DNA of 64,000 bases from an uncultured Rhodopirellula sp. GTDB lineage: Bacteria; Planctomycetota; Planctomycetia; Pirellulales; Pirellulaceae. The position numbers were made by a program, and so were the translations under genes. The notes under the pieces were generated by a model that did no database searches, was not told the DNA's origin, and worked only from the letters and a program-made list of their open reading frames with translations. The stretch spans positions 62,001 through 126,000 of the forward strand of contig CAXGAI010000005.1 of assembly GCA_964007735.1 (NCBI GenBank), written 5' to 3'. Below are positions 28,052-36,995 of the stretch, piece after piece (the first letter of the stretch is position 1; each line of letters begins with the position of its first letter).

Positions 28052-29980
28052 TTACCTTTGGAGACTCAATCCGCCATAGAATGTGGCTCCGGGAGTTCCA
28101 TAGCCAAACAACTCTTCATAGTCCTGATCGGTGACATTGTTACCGCGGAAATAAGCAGTCCAACGTTCATCGAGCTTGTGAGTCAGATAAACATTGAGCA
28201 GCATAAAATGGGCAAGCTCAGTTGTCGTTCCGCCCGGATTGTCGAGACGTGAACCGGTGTACGCCAGTGTAAGTCCGACATTCGTCTTTTCGTTTTCTAA
28301 CGCATGGTCCAGATTGACCATTGAGCGGTGCTTGGGTCTTCGTAAGAGTTCTTCCCCGGTTTCATTGTTTCGAGTACGTGTATAAGTGTAATTTGCATTA
28401 AGCTTTGTACGCTTACTCAACTGCCAGCCCAATGTGACTTCCACTCCGGACGATTGGGCAAGGCCAACATTATCAAGTACAAACAGTGTTGGGTTCCAAA
28501 CGATTAAGTTTTGGAAATCGTTGCGGAAGTAGGTTGCATCCAGCAGCATGCTGCCATCGTTGAGTTCTGTAGTGTATCCCAGTTCCCAGCCTTTACTTGT
28601 TTCCGGAGCCAAATTAGGATTTCCAAAAGCAAAAAGGTTCTCAGCTAATGCCGGTGCTCGAAATCCGGTTCCCAATGAAGCGTGAAGATGGGCAGGTTTT
28701 TCGTCGAGATAATAGATGGTGCTGAAGCGATACGTGTTCGCCTCCCCTGCCCTACTGAATTCATCCCAGCGCACACCAGCTGTGGCATGCCAGTTGTCCT
28801 TGAGCGTCATGCGATCCTCCAGGAACACGCCAGTGGAAGTCTGATTTACAAGGGATTGCAAATCAGAAGAAGCTTCTTCGTCCTGATAGGAAACTCCAGC
28901 AGTGATTAAGTTATGGTCATTCCATATGTAGTTTGCTTGATAGTCAAATAGTCGAGTCTCACCGTTGTACATCGATGCCCAAAAAGCATTGGGAACGTTT
29001 GTATCCTGACGTTTGTAACTTGTGAGGCTGAAGGCGGCTTTATGTTCGAGCCGACCGTCCATGGCCAGTTTGCTCAATTGCACACGGTTCGCAAAGCTGT
29101 CGGAGATATTCGAACGATTTAGATTGTCGACGGGGTTCGGTGCTCCGAAGTCCCAATTGTCGATTTCGACTTCGGCATTTGTGATTCTGAATACGTAATC
29201 CAGATTAATATCGTTTTCAAGATTCCAGCCGAAGCGACCAGAAATAGTGCTGACGTCAAAACCATCTGTTTCGTTATTCCCGAATCGAGCGGCGGCTTGA
29301 GAAACACTATCGGTTGCAAAGTAGGACCCGGCTATAGCATAGTAGGACTTTTCATCTCCACCACTGTATTGCATCCCTTCGTAGTGAGTTCCGAGGCTAC
29401 CACCGTAGGAAGAAAAATTTAATTGGCCATTACCCTGCCCCCGTTTGGTAATGATATTAATCACCCCACCAATGGCATCACTTCCATAGATTACACTTTG
29501 AGGACCTCTAAGTATTTCGATACGCTCAATATTGTCAGTCGTCAGATTTGCAAAGTTAAATGCTCGGGAGGCACCGGACGGGTCATTCATAGGAATCCCA
29601 TCGATGAGGACTTTTGTATGGGCGGAATTGCTACCCCGAAGGAACAGAGAAGTCAGCGAACCGGCTCCCCCGTTTTGGCTTGTGCTGATCCCTGTTCGAT
29701 TACGAAGGGCATCAAGGACTGTGGTGGATCCTTGTTTTTGGATTTCTTCGTTAGTGATGACCTCCACGCTGGACCCTGTCGTTTTACTGCTCGCTGCCTG
29801 AGCTCCGGGAGTCAATAGTGTTGTAGAACCGAGCGGGGTTCTGGGAAATGACTCCGGACGACCAATCACGACCGTTTCCGGTACTTCAGTCGGTGTATCC
29901 GTCTTTTCAGGTTCCTGAGCAAGTGACGGAGCAGAAGGTAGTGTTAGAGAAAATGCAATCAGTAAAAGGCAGTGTTTCAT
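28052..29980 (-). CDS. btuB: TonB-dependent cobalamin receptor
   Basis: TBDR plug (LFLRGSNSAHTKVLIDG, IERIEILRGPQSVIYGSDAIGGVINI), ELLRRP; directly downstream of a B12 riboswitch. Confidence 0.88.
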   Translation of the reverse strand: MKHCLLLIAFSLTLPSAPSLAQEPEKTDTPTEVPETVVIGRPESFPRTPLGSTTLLTPGAQAASSKTTGSSVEVITNEEIQKQGSTTVLDALRNRTGISTSQNGGAGSLTSLFLRGSNSAHTKVLIDGIPMNDPSGASRAFNFANLTTDNIERIEILRGPQSVIYGSDAIGGVINIITKRGQGNGQLNFSSYGGSLGTHYEGMQYSGGDEKSYYAIAGSYFATDSVSQAAARFGNNETDGFDVSTISGRFGWNLENDINLDYVFRITNAEVEIDNWDFGAPNPVDNLNRSNISDSFANRVQLSKLAMDGRLEHKAAFSLTSYKRQDTNVPNAFWASMYNGETRLFDYQANYIWNDHNLITAGVSYQDEEASSDLQSLVNQTSTGVFLEDRMTLKDNWHATAGVRWDEFSRAGEANTYRFSTIYYLDEKPAHLHASLGTGFRAPALAENLFAFGNPNLAPETSKGWELGYTTELNDGSMLLDATYFRNDFQNLIVWNPTLFVLDNVGLAQSSGVEVTLGWQLSKRTKLNANYTYTRTRNNETGEELLRRPKHRSMVNLDHALENEKTNVGLTLAYTGSRLDNPGGTTTELAHFMLLNVYLTHKLDERWTAYFRGNNVTDQDYEELFGYGTPGATFYGGLSLQR

Positions 29981-30024
29981 GCAATCGGTCAGCCATATCC
30001 CGTAGCTGCTTTCTTTTTCAGAGC

Positions 30025-30205
30025 TTTGAGCCAGGTATCCTGACTAAGGGCTTCATTAGTGAATCTGCTTCGCCTTCCCGTATTCCCATTAAGGCACACA
30101 GTGGCATTGCAAACAGAACATACCCATTACAGTCGCGGGAACGGTGGGAGCATTTCACTCCGCTTCCCTGAATCTCAATGCAATTAATAATTCTTAGTCC
30201 TATGC
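30025..30205 (-). ncRNA. Cobalamin riboswitch (ends approximate)
   Basis: Minus strand AGGGAAGCGGAGTGAAATGCTCCCACCGTTCCCGCGACTGT...GCCACTG...GGGAAGG...AGTCAGGATACCTGGC (B12 box), upstream of the btuB-like gene. Confidence 0.92.
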
Positions 30206-30397
30206 GTCCTTATCGGGTTTTGCCGGTTGTATGAGTTAAACGGCAGGCTTTTGAGCATAATCTCTTCCCAAACCACCTATTTTGACACGGAAATTATGGA
30301 GAGCAGTTCAGTTTATAGGCCACTACAAACGGTGAGATCGTTGGGTAAACTGGCATACTAGACGTCAGTTGAATCGTTTTCCCCGGGAATCAGACGC

Positions 30398-31555
30398 ATG
30401 GTACTTGCTTATCTTGACAACAACGCAACCACGCCGATTGCGCCTGAGGTCGCAGCCGTTATGCAGCCGTACTTTCAGGAATTGTTTGGTAATCCATCAA
30501 GTACACATGTGAAGGGGGTGGAACTTGGTGATGTTATTGAGCAAGCACGTAACCATGTTGCGAGTTTATTAAATGCCGACGCCAACGAAGTGACGTTCAC
30601 CTCAGGAGGAAGTGAAAGTAATAATCATGTCCTCAAAGGGATCTTTCTAAAACGCAAACAATTCCTGGGTGGACACTTGGTGATTTCATGCTTTGAACAC
30701 CCGGCGATCCAGCAGCCTGCGGCCTATTTGGAATCTCTTGGTATCGAAGTCACTCGTGTGGGTTGTAATCCCTTTGGTACAGTTGATCCGGTTGAAGTCA
30801 AAGCAGCGATTCGTCCAGACACTCGTCTGGTTAGTATTATGCATGCCAACAACGAGATTGGTGCGATACAGCCTATTGCAGAGATTGCTCATTACTGTCG
30901 TGAACATGGTGTATTGAGCCATACTGACGCTGCGCAGAGTTTAGGAAAAGTGAACGTGGATGTTAAGGAGTTGGGAGTTGACTTTCTAACACTTGCTGGC
31001 CACAAGCTTTATGCGCCGAAAGGAGTCGGGGCACTATTCATTCGAGAGGGAGTGGCATTGGAACCGTTGATTCATGGTGCCTCTCATGAGTCTGGAGTTC
31101 GTGCCGGTACAGAGAATACGGCCTACTGGGTTGGACTGGGAGAAGCTTGTCGAATTCTTATGCGTGACGCAGTTACCCATAGCAATCAGTTGCGTTTCAA
31201 ACGGGACCTGCTTTATTCGAGACTGAAAGAGGCCATTGTTGATTTATCAGTTAATGGGAAATACGAAGATGAGCAGACTGATATACAACGGCGTTTGCCT
31301 AATACACTAAGCGTCAACTTTCCGGGCGTTGTTGGAGCGGAACTTTTAGCTGCCACTCCGTCTGTCTGCGCCTCAACGGGGGCTGCTTGTCATAGTGGTG
31401 AGACAAAAATGTCCGATACGCTGCAAGGGATTGGACTACTTCCCGAGGTGGCGAAGGGGACGGTGCGATTCAGTGTGGGACGCTTGACGACAACCGAGGA
31501 GATAGAGCAGGGGGCTAATGATCTGCTCACGACCTGGAAGTCCATGACGGTTTAA
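30398..31555 (+). CDS. Cysteine desulfurase, NifS/IscS group I
   Basis: YLDNNATT, GNPSS, HANNEIG, HTDAAQ, GHKLYAPKG, STGAACHSG. Confidence 0.9.
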   Translation: MVLAYLDNNATTPIAPEVAAVMQPYFQELFGNPSSTHVKGVELGDVIEQARNHVASLLNADANEVTFTSGGSESNNHVLKGIFLKRKQFLGGHLVISCFEHPAIQQPAAYLESLGIEVTRVGCNPFGTVDPVEVKAAIRPDTRLVSIMHANNEIGAIQPIAEIAHYCREHGVLSHTDAAQSLGKVNVDVKELGVDFLTLAGHKLYAPKGVGALFIREGVALEPLIHGASHESGVRAGTENTAYWVGLGEACRILMRDAVTHSNQLRFKRDLLYSRLKEAIVDLSVNGKYEDEQTDIQRRLPNTLSVNFPGVVGAELLAATPSVCASTGAACHSGETKMSDTLQGIGLLPEVAKGTVRFSVGRLTTTEEIEQGANDLLTTWKSMTV

Positions 31556-32436
31556 ACGTCGAGAATGATTCCGGAGTCATCGATGTGGTATGGGATGATG
31601 TCCTCACTGCAGGCACTGCCTCGGTGTTTTGCGATATACAATGCTCGGCGAACTTTCATGCCGTCACGAATTTTACCCATGTAAATAAGCGTGTTTGCGT
31701 TGGAAAGAGTATCCCCTTCATCTAGAGGTCGGGCGATCATATCGTCGAGCATCGTTTCGTGTGAGGTATAAAGCATCATGCATCCAAGTGACTGACTGTC
31801 ATACTTTAGCTTTGCAACTTTCGGGGCATTTTCACGATATTTTACGCGCAAAAGATCGCGTGCGACCCATTCGGGATCTTTTCTTAGAATTTGGTGATAG
31901 ATGTACTCAAACAGATTAATCTGTATCGAGTCATTCGGCCTGCCCACTGGTTCTACACCATCAACGACGACACGTTTGGTTCCACGCAGACAGTTACCGA
32001 AGAGAAAGGCAATGGCACAGGTTAGTTTGTTATTCAGTTGAGCTTGCCAGTCGTGCCACTCATTCCAGTCGAGATCTCGTTTCGTGACACGCTTGCCTGA
32101 GTAGTCGAAAATATGCATATAGTCGCCCAGTTCCATTTTTCCGGACAAAAAAGCATCGAAGTTAATAGGAGGTTCAATCTCAGCTAACTCGAGGTCCCAA
32201 TTCTTCATTCGATGAGCATAATTTGCATGGTTTTGAGAATCACCTCGTGAGCACATATCGAAGAAGACTCCACCATGTCCTTCCTGCTCAATTCCGGCAT
32301 GTGCGTAATGGACGCCCATTTGAGTTTTACCGATCCCAGTGGCACCGATAATTACCGAGAGCGTTCCCGGAATGAGTCCGCCTCCGAGCAGTTTGTCGAG
32401 TCCGGGGACACCGGTTGTTTGTCGGGCAGCAGCCAT
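31552..32436 (-). CDS. Single-domain KaiC/RAD55-like RecA-superfamily ATPase
   Basis: TGVPGLDKLLGGGL, Walker A GATGIGKT, Walker B RVVVDG, RRALYIAKHRGS. Confidence 0.85.
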   Translation of the reverse strand: MAAARQTTGVPGLDKLLGGGLIPGTLSVIIGATGIGKTQMGVHYAHAGIEQEGHGGVFFDMCSRGDSQNHANYAHRMKNWDLELAEIEPPINFDAFLSGKMELGDYMHIFDYSGKRVTKRDLDWNEWHDWQAQLNNKLTCAIAFLFGNCLRGTKRVVVDGVEPVGRPNDSIQINLFEYIYHQILRKDPEWVARDLLRVKYRENAPKVAKLKYDSQSLGCMMLYTSHETMLDDMIARPLDEGDTLSNANTLIYMGKIRDGMKVRRALYIAKHRGSACSEDIIPYHIDDSGIILDV

Positions 32437-32477
32437 AGCTAATCGTGATTCTTTAAAGACACATTGGAGCAGTGACG

Positions 32478-32828
32478 TTAACCACCCATCCGTTGTTGCT
32501 CACCCACCTGCCGGCTCTTTTCCATCGCAAATTCAGCTTTTTGAATGTAGCTTTCCTCCCCGGTGCCGGCGTAAGCACGCTGATAAGTCACACTCATCGC
32601 GGTGTAACTAAATGGATCGGTTGGATCGAGTTCCACGGCTTTTTCACCATGTTCAACCGCTTTGTCGTGTTGACCCACTTTGCCATATAGAACAGCCAGT
32701 GCAAAGTGTGAAATGCTATGGTTTGGATCTTCCGCCACAATCTCGTTAAGGAGCTCGATGGCTTCGTCCAGTTTGCCTTCGTCTTTGAGAGCGTCTGCTT
32801 GATTATATTTTGCGTTGTGGTCAGTCAC
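32478..32828 (-). CDS. Tetratricopeptide repeat protein
   Basis: G..DEAI.......DP.....HFALAVLY...G..DKA.....KAVELDP pattern; GGAG RBS. Confidence 0.85.
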   Translation of the reverse strand: MTDHNAKYNQADALKDEGKLDEAIELLNEIVAEDPNHSISHFALAVLYGKVGQHDKAVEHGEKAVELDPTDPFSYTAMSVTYQRAYAGTGEESYIQKAEFAMEKSRQVGEQQRMGG

Positions 32829-32940
32829 GACTTGGTTTCTCCACGTAGTCGAGGGTGAATAACAGATAGTAGTTTTAAGCCTATTGGTAGTTTAATCGTT
32901 GAACTTGTTTTCGGGTATCGCACAACAACCAGTGAACCAT

Positions 32941-32978
32941 AAAAAACCCTCTTCATATCAAATGATTTGAAGAGGGTT
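32941..32978 (-). terminator. Intrinsic terminator of ppdK
   Basis: AACCCTCTTCA...TGAAGAGGGTT stem with A-tract on + (U-tract on -). Confidence 0.8.
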
Positions 32979-33017
32979 CTTGATTACTGGGTGTTAGGGG
33001 AAGGATGCCACCTAACA

Positions 33018-35663
33018 CTACTTGCTGAGTTCTGCCTGAGCAGCAGCCAGACGAGCGATAGGCACTCTAAACGGCGAGCAGCTTACATAATTAAGTCCAA
33101 CCTCATTACAGAATTTAATAGAAGCAGGATCACCACCATGTTCACCACAGATACCGACTTTAAGTCCCTTGCGAACCGAACGCCCTTTGGTAACACCACA
33201 CTCAACAAGCTGGCCAACACCGGTTGTATCCAGAGACTGGAACGGATCAACAGGCAGGATCTCCTGAGACAGGTAGTCAGGCAGGAAGCCATTGATGTCG
33301 TCTCGGCTGTAACCGAACGTCATTTGCGTCAAGTCATTTGTACCGAAACTAAAGAATTCAGCGTGTTCGGCAACTTCATCAGCGGTTAAAGCGGCACGCG
33401 GAATTTCGATCATCGTACCGATCACGATATTCAGTTTGCCCTTAAATTTACGACGGATTTTGACAACGTCAATCGTTTCCTGAACTTTGCCCTTGAGCAG
33501 TTTCAGTTCAGCGGCTGTCCCGATCAGAGGAATCATAATCTCGGCGATTGCGTTGACACGTTTTTTCTTACAACGAATGACGGCTTCCACAATAGCTGTC
33601 ACCTGCATTTCCAGGATTTCTGGATACGTGATGCTTAGACGGCAACCACGGTGACCCAGCATTGGGTTGAATTCGTGGAGTTGTTCAACACGAGCTTTGA
33701 CGACTGCAGGTGAGATCCCCATCGTCTTCGCCAACTCTCTTTGGCTTTTGTCATCATGGGGAACAAATTCGTGCAGTGGTGGATCCAGCAAGCGAATCGT
33801 TACCGGAAGACCTTTCATGGCAGTAAAGATACCTTCGAAGTCTTTTCGCTGGAAGGGAAGCAGTTTTTTCAAAGCTTTACGACGATCTTTCTCCGTCTCA
33901 GAAAGAATCATTTCCCGCATTGCAGTAATACGATCACCTTCAAAGAACATGTGTTCTGTACGGCAGAGACCAATCCCCTGAGCACCGAAGTCACGAGCTC
34001 TTTTGGCATCTGCGGGAGAGTCGGCATTGGTACGAACCGCTAATCGACGGTACTTGTCAGCCCAACGCATCACTTTAGAGAAATCGCCAGAAAGAGAAGG
34101 CGTCGAAGTTTCAACAGTACCGGCCATGACTTCACCAGTCGAGCCATCAATGCTGATGAGGCTCTTGTGAGTGAATTTACGCCCATTCACTGTAAAGCTA
34201 CGGCCTTTTTCGTTGATGTTAACTTCACCGGCACCAGCAACACAGCAGCGGCCCCAACCTCGGGCAACGACGGCAGCATGACTGGTCATCCCGCCCGTAC
34301 TGGTCAGAATGCCAGCGGCACTGTGCATCCCGTCCACATCTTCAGGACTTGTTTCTTTACGAACCAAGATAACTTTTTCGCCCTTGGCGGTACGTTCAAC
34401 CGCTTCATCAGCTGTAAAGGCTGGGTATCCCACCGAAGCGCCGGGAGAGGCAGGTAGCCCTTGAGTCAGGACGTCTGCACTTGCTTTACCGGCAGGAGTG
34501 AAGCTGGGAAGCAAGAGTTGAGTCAAAGCGTCTGCTGGAATTCTTAGTAGAGCTTGTTTTTCATCGATGAATTTCTCTTTTACCATATCACAAGCGATTT
34601 TTACTGCCGCCGCACCAGTTCGTTTACCGGTACGCGTCTGCAGCATGAACAAATTGCCTTTTTCAATCGTGAACTCGATGTCCTGCATATCACGATAGTG
34701 GTTTTCAAGAATGTCTTTGATTTCCAGCAATTGTTTATAAACGGCTTTGTTCCACTTACGCATTTCAGCAACAGGTTGCGGAGTACGAATACCAGCCACA
34801 ACGTCTTCACCTTGAGCGTTGATCAGAAACTCACCATAAAAGATGTTTTTGCCGGTCGATGGGTTACGTGTGAAAGCTACCCCCGTCCCTGAATCTTCTC
34901 CCATATTTCCATAAGCCATCACCTGAACGTTGACAGCCGTACCAAGCAGGCCTCGGATGCCTTCCACTTCACGGTAGCGAACAGCGCGAGTCGTATTCCA
35001 ACTGCCGAAGACCGCTTCTACAGCCAAACGCAGTTGGTCGATGGGGTCTTGTGGGAATGCGGAACGAGTGTGCTTCTTGTACACAGCCTTATAAGCTGAG
35101 ACAAGTTCCACTAATCCTTCTTCGGGAACATCGGTATCTTCAACGGCCTTGTATTTTTTCTTGATCTTATCAAATGCTTCTTCGAAGTGATGGTGTTCAA
35201 CGCCCATAACAACGTCGCCAAACATATTGATTAAGCGACGATAAGCGTCATAAGCAAAACGACGGTTTGACGTCGCGCTGGCCAAACCTTCGACAGATAC
35301 GTCTGTTAAACCCAAGTTCAGAATCGTGTTCATCATCCCAGGCATAGAGACTGCAGCACCAGAACGAACGGAAACTAACAGAGGGTTCTTGGCATCGCCA
35401 AAGCCCTTCTTCAATTCGCGTTCTAATGTGCGAATATTCTTGGAGACGTCGTCCATCAAACTTGCAGGGAGTTTTTCGCCAAGCTTGTAGTACTGGTCAC
35501 AAACTTCAGTGGTAATGGTAAAGCCGGGTGGCACAGGGAGGCCAATTCCAGTCATTTCAGCAAGGTTGAGGCCTTTACCACCGAGAATCTCTTTTCCAAC
35601 TCCTCGGCCTTCGGTTTTAGTCTTACCGAAGTAGTAAGTCATTTTAGCATTCTTTTTTGCCAT
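33018..35663 (-). CDS. ppdK: Pyruvate, phosphate dikinase
   Basis: LGGKG.NL, LLVSVRSGA, GGMTSHAAVVARG (phospho-His), GLCRTEHMF, SFGTNDLTQ, GICGEHGG. Confidence 0.97.
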   Translation of the reverse strand: MAKKNAKMTYYFGKTKTEGRGVGKEILGGKGLNLAEMTGIGLPVPPGFTITTEVCDQYYKLGEKLPASLMDDVSKNIRTLERELKKGFGDAKNPLLVSVRSGAAVSMPGMMNTILNLGLTDVSVEGLASATSNRRFAYDAYRRLINMFGDVVMGVEHHHFEEAFDKIKKKYKAVEDTDVPEEGLVELVSAYKAVYKKHTRSAFPQDPIDQLRLAVEAVFGSWNTTRAVRYREVEGIRGLLGTAVNVQVMAYGNMGEDSGTGVAFTRNPSTGKNIFYGEFLINAQGEDVVAGIRTPQPVAEMRKWNKAVYKQLLEIKDILENHYRDMQDIEFTIEKGNLFMLQTRTGKRTGAAAVKIACDMVKEKFIDEKQALLRIPADALTQLLLPSFTPAGKASADVLTQGLPASPGASVGYPAFTADEAVERTAKGEKVILVRKETSPEDVDGMHSAAGILTSTGGMTSHAAVVARGWGRCCVAGAGEVNINEKGRSFTVNGRKFTHKSLISIDGSTGEVMAGTVETSTPSLSGDFSKVMRWADKYRRLAVRTNADSPADAKRARDFGAQGIGLCRTEHMFFEGDRITAMREMILSETEKDRRKALKKLLPFQRKDFEGIFTAMKGLPVTIRLLDPPLHEFVPHDDKSQRELAKTMGISPAVVKARVEQLHEFNPMLGHRGCRLSITYPEILEMQVTAIVEAVIRCKKKRVNAIAEIMIPLIGTAAELKLLKGKVQETIDVVKIRRKFKGKLNIVIGTMIEIPRAALTADEVAEHAEFFSFGTNDLTQMTFGYSRDDINGFLPDYLSQEILPVDPFQSLDTTGVGQLVECGVTKGRSVRKGLKVGICGEHGGDPASIKFCNEVGLNYVSCSPFRVPIARLAAAQAELSK

Positions 35664-36093
35664 GTTTTAAATCTGTCCTATTAGGGTTCTGAACCGTTAT
35701 CAACAAGTCCAAGGCTCATTTAAATATGCTTGAAACAAGCAGAATTTGAATCAAATCTGCTTGCTGTGATTAGCAGGATTATTCGTTATATTGCTTTTGA
35801 GGTCGCTTATAACAACCTAGCCTCTCCACTGCTTCAAAATAGTTAGACTAGCTAACTGAGCAAAACTGTTTAATCACAGAATAAGGGGTAACTAGGTGAG
35901 TTTCGCAGCCTAAGCATAGGTAGGTAAATCTACCAACGATGTTTGCAAAGTGTCAATCAATAAAACCACCCGAAATGGGGGAATGGCTGTCTGAATCTGA
36001 GGAACGGTGGTTATTCTTGCTAAAACTAACACTATTTATGTGGTGTGGCCCATTATTTTGCTGGGATAATAGGTTTTATGTTAGGGGTTAGCC

Positions 36094-36900
36094 TTGGAAG
36101 AAAAAGTCGAAAATCCGGATGATTCGCAGGTTGTTTTGGTCGAACAGCAAGTTCAAAACGGATTAGCAGAAATCATCGGGATGACCATGGAACCTAATTC
36201 CAATCTAGATAGTCTAAGAACACCGGAATCCACCTGGCAGAAAGTGCTTGTAAAATTTCTGGCGGTGGAATTTTCGATGGTACCGATCGCTATTTTTCTC
36301 ATTTATTTATTTGAACTTCCTAATTCGGGAGATTTAGCAGGACAGCTTTTGGGACAAGATTCTTGGATTGCTAGTATCGTCTATGGAATGTTATCGACGG
36401 TCCCATTACTTGCTTTATTTGTCCTTAGTGAACTTTGTGGACCTTACTGGAAGCCATTTCGCAATCTTCGTGAGTTGGTAATGACCAAGTTAATGCCGGT
36501 CATCCGGGGGATTCCGATGTGGGGTTTGTTGTTGATTTCAGTTGGAGCAGGATTTGGTGAAGAGTGGTTATTTAGGGGATTTCTTCAACAACTTGTCAAA
36601 TCTTGGCTCGGAACAGATGTTGTATGTTGGCCAGCCGTATTGATCGTGGCATTGCTTTTTGGTGCGTGTCATGCGTTGTCCAAAACTTACTTTGTGGTGA
36701 CATTCCTCATAGGCCTTTACTTCGGCTATTTAGTTGAACTTACCGGTTCCGTTCTACCTGCCGCCTTCAGCCATGCTAGTTACGATTTTGTCGCATTGGT
36801 TTACCTCACTAATGTAGATAGCAAGCTGCACCAGCAAGAAGTGAGAGAAGTTTTGGAAGACGATGATCCAGTTAATCTCGAAATGGAGACTGTGGATTAG
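36094..36900 (+). CDS. CPBP (CAAX/Abi) family intramembrane metalloprotease; start uncertain
   Basis: EEWLFRG, LFGACH, H...D motifs in a multi-TM protein. Confidence 0.85.
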   Translation: MEEKVENPDDSQVVLVEQQVQNGLAEIIGMTMEPNSNLDSLRTPESTWQKVLVKFLAVEFSMVPIAIFLIYLFELPNSGDLAGQLLGQDSWIASIVYGMLSTVPLLALFVLSELCGPYWKPFRNLRELVMTKLMPVIRGIPMWGLLLISVGAGFGEEWLFRGFLQQLVKSWLGTDVVCWPAVLIVALLFGACHALSKTYFVVTFLIGLYFGYLVELTGSVLPAAFSHASYDFVALVYLTNVDSKLHQQEVREVLEDDDPVNLEMETVD

Positions 36901-36930
36901 AACCTACCACATTGAGCCGCACGAGTGAGC

Positions 36931-36966
36931 AAAGAAAAAAGGGCACGCTTGCTAGCAAGCGTGCCC
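36931..36966 (-). terminator. Intrinsic terminator of the YTV gene
   Basis: Perfect 26-bp palindrome GGGCACGCTTGCTAGCAAGCGTGCCC preceded by an A-tract on +. Confidence 0.85.
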
Positions 36967-36995
36967 CAAGTATGCGGGACAAGTGGTCGTCCGAA

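Noticed and set aside
30210..30216. CCGATAA (sigma-28-like -10) upstream of the btuB riboswitch, also near 38740 and 20903 on the minus strand
   Set aside because: No consistent -35 element at 15-bp spacing; cannot support a promoter call
30398..31555. Fe-S or DNA phosphorothioation (dndA) system around the cysteine desulfurase
   Set aside because: No isc/suf scaffold or dnd/ssp genes adjacent; appears stand-alone
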